Under the pieces are notes generated by a model. That model saw only the letters and a program-made list of their open reading frames with translations, did no database searches and had not been told where the DNA came from. Both the position numbers and the translations under genes were made by a program. From Actinomycetota bacterium (GTDB lineage: Bacteria > Actinomycetota > UBA4738 > HRBIN12), in contig DATLZM010000004.1 in NCBI GenBank assembly GCA_035573995.1, positions 7,649 through 71,648 of the forward strand: a stretch of DNA of 64,000 nt, given 5' to 3'. This document shows, one piece after another, positions 16,303 through 23,720 of the stretch; the first letter of the stretch is position 1; every line of letters starts with the position of its first letter.

Positions 16303-16655
16303 CAGGGCCCCTCCAGGAGATCCCGGCGGATCTGGGCCAGCTCCTCGGCGGAGATCTCCCCCCGGGCGTACCGTTCTTCGGCGATCCGCAGGGCCCGCGA
16401 GGCCCGGGCCGGACTGGGCGGGCCCTGGCCGGGCTCGGGCCCCTTGGGCAGGAGGATCCAGAGCACCAGGTACAGGAGGACCCCGAACCCCATGAAGGCG
16501 GCCACGACGAACCCCAGCCGCACGAGGAGCGGGTCGATCCCGAAGTACTCGGCGATCCCGCCCGCCACCCCGGCGATCCGCTTGTCCGTCTGGGACCGGT
16601 AGAGCTGGGTTCCGTCCACGCCGCGATCGTCCCTCAGCTTCCCCGTTCCGGTCAA
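16302..16655 (-). CDS. PspC-domain protein fused to a SHOCT domain
   Basis: LYRSQTDKRIAGVAGGIAEYFGIDPLLVRLGFVVAAFMGFGVLLYLVLWILLP (PspC) + RIAEERYARGEISAEELAQIRRDL (SHOCT). 1-nt overlap with the downstream SHOCT gene. Start is TTG 16655 or GTG 16619. Confidence 0.75.
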   Translation of the reverse strand: MTGTGKLRDDRGVDGTQLYRSQTDKRIAGVAGGIAEYFGIDPLLVRLGFVVAAFMGFGVLLYLVLWILLPKGPEPGQGPPSPARASRALRIAEERYARGEISAEELAQIRRDLLEGP

Positions 16656-16744
16656 AGACTACGCGGGCCTGGGTCCGCCGGTGCGGTCCTCCCCACGCCG
16701 GCACCGCCCGCTGCGGCGTCCCCTTGCTAGGCTGGTGGGTGGCT

Positions 16745-16816
16745 GGGGGTGTAGCTCAGCGGTAGAGCGCTGCCTTCGCACGGCAGAGGCCGGCGGTTCG
16801 AATCCGCTCACCTCCA
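16745..16816 (+). tRNA. tRNA-Ala (anticodon CGC)
   Basis: Folds as GGGGGTG TA GCTC AGCGGTA GAGC G CTGCC TTCGCAC GGCAG AGGCC GGCGG TTCGAAT CCGCT CACCTCC A. Contains the G3:U70 Ala identity pair. CCA is not encoded. Confidence 0.9.
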
Positions 16817-16835
16817 CCGCATCGGGGCTGACGCC

Positions 16836-17063
16836 TCAGCCATCGAGCCTCTCGAGCGCCTGCGCGACGTCCGTCACGTCGAGGAGCGGGGCGCCGGTGT
16901 CGAGCACCGGTGGGTCGTACGGGCCGGCCGCCGGCCTCCGTTGGAGGCCCCGGAGGCCCGCCCGGAGCGCATCGTTCGCCACCCTGGAGAGCGACCGGCC
17001 CGACCGACGGGCCAGATTCGCCAGTCGCGCCGCGACGTCGTCGAGGTTCAGCGTCGTCCGCAT
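16836..17063 (-). CDS. ribbon-helix-helix type II antitoxin-like protein (VapB-like), no cognate toxin gene
   Basis: 75 aa from ATG 17063: MRTTLNLDDVAARLANLARRSGRSLSRVANDALRAGL... is a typical antitoxin N-terminus. The downstream neighbour is tRNA-Ala, not a toxin. Confidence 0.5.
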   Translation of the reverse strand: MRTTLNLDDVAARLANLARRSGRSLSRVANDALRAGLRGLQRRPAAGPYDPPVLDTGAPLLDVTDVAQALERLDG

Positions 17064-17238
17064 CTCTTCGTTCGAACCATCACACCAGGCGTGCGGCAAA
17101 CCGGTGCCGGGTACCGGAGGACGATCTGGGGCCGGGCGGGGACGCCCTTTCCTCTCGGGCCCAGCCATCCGGGCGGAACGAGGTCGCGACGGGGCTGGTC
17201 GCCTTCGCGGCGGGCCGCCCTCTGTTACGTTCCGAGGT

Positions 17239-18858
17239 GTGGGAGCGAGGGAGGACCGGTGGCGGACCCTGCTGGAGGCGGGCCTGGCTCTCTCCTCAGA
17301 GCTCTCCCTCCCCGCGGTCCTGCAGAAGATCGTGGAGCTCGCGGCCAAGGTAACCGGGGCCCGGTACGGAGCCCTGGGCGTGCTCGGGCCCGACGGGCGG
17401 ATCACGGACTTCTTCACCACGGGGATCTCGGAGGAGCAGCGGCGGGCCATCGGGTCGCTGCCCGTGGGCAGGGGGATCCTCGGCCTCATCGTCGAGCAGC
17501 CGCAGCCGCTCCGGCTGCGGGACCTCCGGGACCACCCCCGGTCCGTCGGGTTCCCTCCCCACCACCCCGTGATGACCTCCTTCCTGGGCGGGCCCATCCG
17601 GGCCAGGGGCAAGGTCTTCGGGAACCTCTACCTCGCTGACAAGGAGGGCGCCAAGGAGTTCACCGAGGCAGACGAGGAGGCCCTGGTGATCCTGGCGGCC
17701 CAGGCGGGGGTGGCCATCGAGAACGCCCGCCTCTACGAGGCCTCACGGAAGCGGGAGCGGCGCCTGGAGGCGATCGCCGAGATCACCTCGGCCATCCTCG
17801 GGGGAGAGGAGCCCGAGCAGGCCCTGGAGGTCGTGGCAGCCCGGGCCCGGGAGCTCGTTGGCGCCCGCCTGGCCACGGTGGCCGTCCCCGTCGGCGCCGG
17901 GCGGCTCCAGCTGCGGGTGGCGGAAGGGGAGGGCGCCGACGCCCTGAGAGGGGTGGAGTTCCCCGCCGCGGGCTCGGTCTCCGGGACGGTCATGAGCTCG
18001 GGGCGGCCTGAGGTGCTGGCCGACGCGTCGGCCGACCCCCGGACCTACCAGCCCGTGGTCCGGATGGGCGAGATCGGACCGGCCATGTTCGTCCCCCTCC
18101 GGGCCCGGGACCGGGTCCTGGGGACGCTCACCGTCGCCAACCGGGTGGGGGACCGCCCGTTCACCGACGAGGACTTGGCGGTGGTGGAGGCCTTCGCCGA
18201 CCAGGCCTCGATGGCCCTGGAGTACGGGCGGGCCCAGCGGGAGCTACGCCGGTTGGCAGTCCTTGAGGATCGGGAGCGGATCGCCAAGGAGCTCCACGAC
18301 GGGGTCATCCAGTCCCTGTTCGCCCTAGGGATGGGCCTGCAGGCCACGGCTGCCATGGCTAGGGACGAGGAGGTGGAGCGCCGGCTCGCCAGCGCTGTGG
18401 AGGAGCTGGACCGGGTGGTCCGGGACCTCCGCAACTACATCTTCGGGCTCCGGCCCGGCCTGCTCGCGGACCGCCAGCTCGACCAGGCCCTCCGCCAGCT
18501 CGTGGAGGAGTTCGGGGAGAAGACGGGGGTGGTGGCCGTGGCCGACGTGGACCCGCAGGTGGCGGCGGAGCTCGGCTCCCGGGCCCACGACGTGCTCCAG
18601 CTGGCCCGGGAGGCGCTCTCCAACGTGGGGCGCCACGCCCAGGCCACAACCTGCCGGCTGAGCCTCCACCGGGAGGGCCACGGGTGGGTCGTCCTCGAGG
18701 TCGACGACGACGGGCGGGGCTTCGACCCGAGCACCCGACCCCGCACGGGCCAGGGGCTTCGGAACCTCGAGGAACGGGCGGCCTCGCTGGGGGGCTCGCT
18801 CCAGATCGAAAGCGTCCCCGGGGAGGGGACCACCGTCCGAGCGCGGATCCCGCTCTGA
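17239..18858 (+). CDS. devS: DevS/DosT-type sensor histidine kinase (GAF-GAF-HisKA_3-HATPase)
   Basis: 539 aa from GTG 17239 (residue 187 of ORF 16681..18858). GAF-A: ARYGALGVLGPDGRITDFFTTGI...LRDLRDHPRSVGFPPHHPVMTSFLGGPIRARGKVFGNLYLADKEGAKEFTEADE. HisKA_3: RERIAKELHDGVIQSLF. HATPase: NVGRHA...DDGRGF...GQGLRNLEERA. Confidence 0.85.
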   Translation: MGAREDRWRTLLEAGLALSSELSLPAVLQKIVELAAKVTGARYGALGVLGPDGRITDFFTTGISEEQRRAIGSLPVGRGILGLIVEQPQPLRLRDLRDHPRSVGFPPHHPVMTSFLGGPIRARGKVFGNLYLADKEGAKEFTEADEEALVILAAQAGVAIENARLYEASRKRERRLEAIAEITSAILGGEEPEQALEVVAARARELVGARLATVAVPVGAGRLQLRVAEGEGADALRGVEFPAAGSVSGTVMSSGRPEVLADASADPRTYQPVVRMGEIGPAMFVPLRARDRVLGTLTVANRVGDRPFTDEDLAVVEAFADQASMALEYGRAQRELRRLAVLEDRERIAKELHDGVIQSLFALGMGLQATAAMARDEEVERRLASAVEELDRVVRDLRNYIFGLRPGLLADRQLDQALRQLVEEFGEKTGVVAVADVDPQVAAELGSRAHDVLQLAREALSNVGRHAQATTCRLSLHREGHGWVVLEVDDDGRGFDPSTRPRTGQGLRNLEERAASLGGSLQIESVPGEGTTVRARIPL

Positions 18859-18862
18859 TGGA

Positions 18863-18893
18863 GGTCCGCCGACCGGGGGCCGTCGGTCGGACC
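18863..18893 (+). terminator. GC-rich hairpin after devS (no U tract)
   Basis: ggtccgCCGACcgggggccGTCGGtcggacc gives an 11-bp interrupted stem starting 5 nt after the stop. It could equally be a regulatory site for the next gene. Confidence 0.3.
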
Positions 18894-18966
18894 GCTCGAG
18901 ACGTGACCTCCGCCCCTGCGAGCGCGGGACCTTCGCCCCTGGGGACCGGGCCGGTCGAGTACGAAG

Positions 18967-19440
18967 GTGGACAGGATGTTCGTGCGCTATTTCGTCGAGG
19001 TGCCCTTGCCGTTCGAGCAGGCCGAGGGACTCCTGTTGGACAGCCCGGGACGGTGGGTGCCGGGCCTGGCCCGAGGAGCCCACGCCCGGGGCGAGCGCCT
19101 GCTCGCGGAGGTAGGGTTCGGCGGCGCAGGCCGTCGGGTCGTCAAGCGGGTGGAGATCGAGCTCGGCCGTCCTCTCCGGTATCCGACGAAGACGGTGGTA
19201 CCCATGACCTGGCGGGCGAGCGGGCCCGAGGCCCTGTTCCCCACCCTTGAGGCGGACGTGGAGGTGGCCGCCCTCGGCCCGGACCGCAGCCAGCTTGCCG
19301 TGAGCGCCAGGTACCGGCCTCCGCTGGGGAGCGTGGGCCGGATCATCGACCGGGCCCTCCTCCACCGGGTGGCCGAGGCCACCCTCAAGGACTTCGTGGA
19401 CCGCGTGGCGGAACGCCTCCTCGCTCCGGCGGCCTCCTAA
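18967..19440 (+). CDS. hypothetical protein (possible SRPBCC/START-like fold)
   Basis: 157-aa ORF with balanced composition (MDRMFVRYFVEVPLPFEQAEGLLLD...ATLKDFVDRVAERL). No diagnostic motif recognised. Confidence 0.45.
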   Translation: MDRMFVRYFVEVPLPFEQAEGLLLDSPGRWVPGLARGAHARGERLLAEVGFGGAGRRVVKRVEIELGRPLRYPTKTVVPMTWRASGPEALFPTLEADVEVAALGPDRSQLAVSARYRPPLGSVGRIIDRALLHRVAEATLKDFVDRVAERLLAPAAS

Positions 19441-19651
19441 GCGGCCGGCGGGTCCCAGGCTCACCGTGGTTCCCACCGATCCACCGGGCCACTGGACCCT
19501 GGGACGGGCCGGAGGGCCCAGGACCTGGACCGGGCCCGGGGCGGTTCCGGACGGACAGGGGCCGGAGGGCCCCCAGGACATGGGCCGGACGGCCGCGGTC
19601 GTGGGGGTGCCTGAAACGGTCTCCTGGGGACGGGAGAAGGAAGGTGATCTC

Positions 19652-20026
19652 ATGGAGCTGACGACGCGTGAGTGGTGGGGGATCGTGCACGGCATGGGCC
19701 TGGGCGCGCTATTCCTCCTCGCCTTCGTCGCCGCTGGGGTCGGCAGCCTCGTCCTCGGGCTTTTCACTGCGCTGGTCACTGCGCTGGCGGAGGCGAGCCA
19801 GACGGTGAAGGGATGGCTCGAGTTTTGGGCACCGGTGGGACCGCTGTCCGGCAAGACCACGCTCGCCGTGGCCGCCTGGGCCCTGGCCTGGGCCGGACTC
19901 CACCGGAGGCTTCGGGGTCGGGAGGTCTCTGTGAGCAGGGCGTTCACGCTCGCGGCCGTGCTGGTGGGTGTGGGCGTCCTCCTCACGTTCCCGCCCATCT
20001 TCCAGCTGCTTGCTCCGGCCGAGTGA
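19652..20026 (+). CDS. small integral membrane protein (3 predicted TM)
   Basis: ATG 19652 preceded by GGGAGAAGGAAGG. MELTTREWWGIVHGMGLGALFLLAFVAAGVGSLVLGLF... Residue 63 of ORF 19466..20026. Confidence 0.5.
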   Translation: MELTTREWWGIVHGMGLGALFLLAFVAAGVGSLVLGLFTALVTALAEASQTVKGWLEFWAPVGPLSGKTTLAVAAWALAWAGLHRRLRGREVSVSRAFTLAAVLVGVGVLLTFPPIFQLLAPAE

Positions 20027-20054
20027 GCACGGGTCCAGGAGGAGGGAGTCCCAC

Positions 20055-20573
20055 GTGAAGCGGCAGGAGCCAGAGATCGACCGGCTCCTCGGGACGGTCG
20101 ACCAGGTCATGCAGCGGCGGGTGGCCGCCCTGCACCCCGAGGCGCCCGTGGGCGATGCGGTTCGGGAACTGGAGCGCGCCGGGGTGTCGGGTGGCCCGGT
20201 GGTGGAATCGGGCCGGGTGGTCGGGATGGTGAGCTTCAGCGACCTCTTCGAGGCGGTGGGCGTGCCCCGGGCCCGGGTGTCCACTTCCGGGCCTTGGCAT
20301 CGCTTCGAGCATTGGGTCGGAGCGTCCCCGCTCAGAGTCCGGGACGTCATGACCCGCCACGTGGTGATCCTGCAGACCGGGACGCCCCTCTCTCAGGCAG
20401 CCGAGGCCATGTGGACCCACGGCGTCAACCGGATCCCGATCGTGACCCCGGAGGGCACGCTCGTGGGCATCGTGGCTCGGGACGACGTGATCCGGGCGGT
20501 GGCTGAGGCGGGGCGGCGGAGCCGAGCGGTGCCGGCTCACCCTGGCGCATCCCGGATGGAGCCGGATCCGTGA
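20055..20573 (+). CDS. CBS-domain pair protein
   Basis: GTG 20055 preceded by AGGAGGAGGGAG. Two CBS repeats (VDQVMQRRVAALHPEAPVGDAVRELERAGVSGGPVVESGRVVGMVSFSDL; VRDVMTRHVVILQTGTPLSQAAEAMWTHGVNRIPIVTPEGTLVGIVARDDV). Confidence 0.8.
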   Translation: MKRQEPEIDRLLGTVDQVMQRRVAALHPEAPVGDAVRELERAGVSGGPVVESGRVVGMVSFSDLFEAVGVPRARVSTSGPWHRFEHWVGASPLRVRDVMTRHVVILQTGTPLSQAAEAMWTHGVNRIPIVTPEGTLVGIVARDDVIRAVAEAGRRSRAVPAHPGASRMEPDP

Positions 20574-20679
20574 TTCCGCCGGTGGGCGTGACGACGCTGC
20601 CACCCCACCTCGGTGGGCGACGGCGACGGGGGATGATGGCGGTCTTGGAGAGTTGGTCGGAAGGGGCGAGGTGATCGAG

Positions 20680-21729
20680 ATGCAGGCGTACCGACTGACC
20701 GGGTGGCAGCAACCTCCCGAGTTGCAGGAGGTTCCCGTGCCGGACCCCGGGCCTGGGGAAGTCCTGGTCCGCGTAGGGGGCGCGGGCCTGTGCCACTCCG
20801 ACCTCCACGTCATGGACTGGCCGGCGGGAACCCTCCCCTACGACCTCCCGTTCACTCTCGGACACGAGGTGGCGGGGTGGGTTGAGGCCGTGGGCGCCGG
20901 CGTCCCGACCGAGGCTCCCGGGGCCCTGGAGGTCGGGCAGCCCGTGGCCGTCTACGGTCCCTGGGGCTGTGGTCGGTGTCACCGGTGCCGCCAGGGGGTG
21001 GAGAACCTGTGCGAGAACGCGGGACAGCTGCGGGCGGCGGGAGGTGGCCTGGGCCGCGACGGAGGGCTCGCCCCCTACATGTTGGTCCCCTCGGCCCGGT
21101 TCCTCGTGCCCCTCGGCGACCTCGACCCCGTGGAGGCGGCGCCCCTCACCGACGCGGGGCTGACGAGCTACCACGCGATCAAGCGGTCGCTTTCCCTCCT
21201 CCTCCCCGGCTCCACGGCGGTGGTGATCGGGGTCGGCGGCCTCGGCCACATGGCGGTGCAGCTCCTCAAGGCCCTCAGCCCGGCCCAGGTGGTAGCGGTG
21301 GACGTCTCTCAGGAGAAGCTCGCGTTGGCCAGGGAGGTGGGTGCCGACGCGGCCGTTCCAGCGGGCGAGGAGGCCGCCGGGTCCGTCCTCGAGGTGAGCG
21401 GGCGCCGGGGAGCCGAGCTGGTGCTCGACATGGTCGGGTCGGACCAGACCCTGGCCCTGGCCGCCCAGGTGGTGCGCCCGGCCGGCCACCTCACCCTGGT
21501 GGGGCTGGCCGGAGGCTCCCTTCCCTTCGGGTTCTTCCGGGTGCCCCTCGAGGCGTCCCTGGCCGCACCGTACTGGGGGACGGTGACGGAGCTCATGGAG
21601 GTCCTGGAGCTGGCCCGGGCCGGGAGGATCCGGGCCCACGTCGAGCGGTTCCGGCTGGTCGAGGTGGAGGAAGCGTATCGGCGCCTGCGCTCCGGCGCGG
21701 TTCGTGGGCGGGCGGTGGTGGTCCCGTAA
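20680..21729 (+). CDS. zinc-dependent alcohol dehydrogenase (MDR family), copy 1
   Basis: MQAYRLTGW...VLVRVGGAGLCHSDLHVMD...FTLGHEVAGWVEAVG...GPWGCGRCHRCRQG (catalytic and structural Zn sites), VIGVGGLGHMAVQL (Rossmann). Confidence 0.9.
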   Translation: MQAYRLTGWQQPPELQEVPVPDPGPGEVLVRVGGAGLCHSDLHVMDWPAGTLPYDLPFTLGHEVAGWVEAVGAGVPTEAPGALEVGQPVAVYGPWGCGRCHRCRQGVENLCENAGQLRAAGGGLGRDGGLAPYMLVPSARFLVPLGDLDPVEAAPLTDAGLTSYHAIKRSLSLLLPGSTAVVIGVGGLGHMAVQLLKALSPAQVVAVDVSQEKLALAREVGADAAVPAGEEAAGSVLEVSGRRGAELVLDMVGSDQTLALAAQVVRPAGHLTLVGLAGGSLPFGFFRVPLEASLAAPYWGTVTELMEVLELARAGRIRAHVERFRLVEVEEAYRRLRSGAVRGRAVVVP

Positions 21730-21743
21730 CGGTCCGGACCGTT
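21728..21743. promoter_or_regulatory. perfect 16-bp palindrome AACGGTCCGGACCGTT upstream of devR
   Basis: Self-complementary over all 16 positions. Overlaps the ADH stop codon and ends 46 nt before the devR GTG. With no loop it looks like a dimer-binding operator rather than a terminator. Confidence 0.35.
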
Positions 21744-21789
21744 CCGCGCGGGCGGTTGTCCCGCGCCCCTCGGGAGTGCGAGGATTGGC

Positions 21790-22452
21790 GTGGCCATGCC
21801 CCCACCTCTCCGGGTGCTCATCGTCGACGACCACGAGGTGGTCCGGAGCGGCCTGAAGGCGCTGCTCAGGGCAGCCGAGGACATCGTCGTGGCGGGGGAG
21901 GCCGGGACGGTACGGGAGGCCATCGAGGAGGCCGAGCGTACCCGCCCTGACGTCGTGGTGATGGACGTCCGTCTGGCGGACGGGAGCGGGATCGAGGCCA
22001 CCCGGGAGATCAAGTCCCGCCGGCCCCAGACCCAGGTCCTCATGCTCACCTCCTTCGCCGACGACGAGGCCCTCTTCGCCTCCATCCTGGCGGGGGCCTC
22101 CGGGTACGTCCTCAAGCAGGTGAAGAGCGGTGAGCTGGTGCGGGCCATCCGGGCCGTGGGCCAGGGGCAGAGCCTGCTCGACCCGGCCGTGACCGAGCCC
22201 GTCCTGGAGCGGCTCCGGAAGGGCAAGCACCTGATCAAGGACGAGAAGCTCGCCCGCCTCTCCCCCCAGGAGGAGCGGATCCTGACCCTCGTAGCCGAGG
22301 GGAAAACCAACCGGGAGATCGGCCAGCAGCTCCACCTCGCCGAGAAGACCGTGAAGAACTACGTGTCGAGCATCCTGTCCAAGCTAGAGGTCGCTCGCCG
22401 GGCCGAGGCCGCCGCCTACCTGGCCCGCCATACCACGACGCCGGGGGCCTAG
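21790..22452 (+). CDS. devR: DevR/DosR-type NarL/LuxR-family response regulator
   Basis: LRVLIVDDHEVVRSGLKALL...GEAGTVREAIEEAERTRPDVVVMDVRLADGSGIEATREI...ILAGASGYVLKQVKSGELVRAIRAVGQGQSLLDP...LSPQEERILTLVAEGKTNREIGQQLHLAEKTVKNYVSSILSKLEV. Colinear with mycobacterial DosR as remembered. Confidence 0.9.
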   Translation: MAMPPPLRVLIVDDHEVVRSGLKALLRAAEDIVVAGEAGTVREAIEEAERTRPDVVVMDVRLADGSGIEATREIKSRRPQTQVLMLTSFADDEALFASILAGASGYVLKQVKSGELVRAIRAVGQGQSLLDPAVTEPVLERLRKGKHLIKDEKLARLSPQEERILTLVAEGKTNREIGQQLHLAEKTVKNYVSSILSKLEVARRAEAAAYLARHTTTPGA

Positions 22453-22456
22453 GGGT

Positions 22457-22717
22457 TCAGCTGGCGAGCGCTCTCGCCTCGGGCTGGAGGGTCCCTACCT
22501 GGCAGGGGAGGACCCGCAGGACGCCCTCGATGAGACGAAGCCTGGGCAGGAGGTCCCGGTCGAGCTGCTCGGGTCTGGTCACCTGCGCCCGGACCACGAG
22601 GTCGTATGGTCCCTGCACCCGTTCCACCGCCAGCACTCCGTCGAGGGTCCTGGCCCTCCGGGCGACCGAGGCCTCGGTCCCCGCCTCCGCGTTCACGAGC
22701 AGGTACGCCTTTACCAT
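22457..22717 (-). CDS. stand-alone Lrp/AsnC ligand-binding (RAM) domain protein
   Basis: 86 aa from ATG 22717 (GTCAGGAGGTGGACCG upstream): MVKAYLLVNAEAGTEASVARRARTLDGVLAVERVQGPYDLVVRAQV... Confidence 0.65.
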   Translation of the reverse strand: MVKAYLLVNAEAGTEASVARRARTLDGVLAVERVQGPYDLVVRAQVTRPEQLDRDLLPRLRLIEGVLRVLPCQVGTLQPEARALAS

Positions 22718-22963
22718 CGGTCCACCTCCTGACTCACCTGGAGCGTGCCAGACAGCCTCCGGCCGAGGGAGGGTCCAAGGGCCTGCCGCCGGGGGGGCGC
22801 CTGGCCCCGACCCGGCATGGGTTTCGGTGGTCCGCTCGAGTACGAGGCCTTCCTTCCCCACCCGGTCCCGATCCGTGGGCCGGAGGTCCTGCCATCGGCG
22901 GACCACTCGACCCTGGGACCCAGCGGTCGGACGGGCCAGGCTGCGCGCAGGAGGTGGCACGGT

Positions 22964-23452
22964 ATGCAGTCGCTGGAGAGACTCGAGGTATGGCGCGAGG
23001 CAACCGAGGAGGAGCTCATCCAGCTGGCCACGGCGCTGAACGGGCGGCTTCACGACGTGGAGCGCAGGCTGGAGCGGCTGCACACCGAGGTCCACCGCGT
23101 CGTGTGCGAGACGCCAGGCGTTGCCGTCGAGGACAAGGTGGCGCGGGTGCACGAGCTCCTCCAGAAGGAGCTCCCCGAACTGGACTTGAGCCCCACGGCC
23201 CAGGACGCGTCATGGCTGGCCCAGCTCAAGAGCCGGGTCGCCGACTGCGAGCGGCACATCGCGGAACTGGTGCAGCAGCGCAGCGACCGACGGGACGGCC
23301 CGGGGTCGGTCACCTGGCCGGTCAGTGGGAGCCCCCCACCACCCTCTCACGCCAGCGGCGGTAGTTCTCCACGTGGGCCTGGGGGGCGACCCCATGCTCG
23401 CAAGTCAGCGGGTCGGGGCAGGGAGGGTTCCCCTCCATCGTGTAGAAGTTGA
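22964..23452 (+). CDS. hypothetical coiled-coil protein
   Basis: ATG 22964 with AGGAGGTG 8 nt upstream. MQSLERLEVWREATEEELIQLATALNGRLHDVERRLERLHTEVH...IAELVQQRSDRRDG. The last ~45 codons overlap the convergent Cys-rich gene and look non-native. Confidence 0.45.
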   Translation: MQSLERLEVWREATEEELIQLATALNGRLHDVERRLERLHTEVHRVVCETPGVAVEDKVARVHELLQKELPELDLSPTAQDASWLAQLKSRVADCERHIAELVQQRSDRRDGPGSVTWPVSGSPPPPSHASGGSSPRGPGGRPHARKSAGRGREGSPPSCRS

Positions 23453-23591
23453 ACCGGCAGTAAGCGCAGAACACGTCGAGCTCCTCCGGCAGGTAGGGGC
23501 AGTCGCCCCAGGCGCACCCCCGCTCCCCCTCACCGGTGCCGAAGTCGTAGCCGCAGTGCGGGCACCGCCTGAACTCCTCCCACCGGGCCAT
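23322..23591 (-). CDS. small Cys-rich (8 Cys) putative zinc-binding protein
   Basis: 89 aa from ATG 23591 (GAAGGAGG upstream): MARWEEFRRCPHCGYDFGTGEGERGCAWGDCPYLPEELDVFCAYCRFNFYTMEGNPPCPDPLTCEH... Confidence 0.5.
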   Translation of the reverse strand: MARWEEFRRCPHCGYDFGTGEGERGCAWGDCPYLPEELDVFCAYCRFNFYTMEGNPPCPDPLTCEHGVAPQAHVENYRRWRERVVGGSH

Positions 23592-23720
23592 ATCGGCCTC
23601 CTTCGGCCTCTCCTGCTCCGACCGTAGACGGTCCTTTCCCGGGGAGGATGGGCCGGCCGGCCCGGGAGGGGCGGGCCAAGGGTCCCGCCCTCGTCCGAGC
23701 GCATCACCTACGATGGCGTC

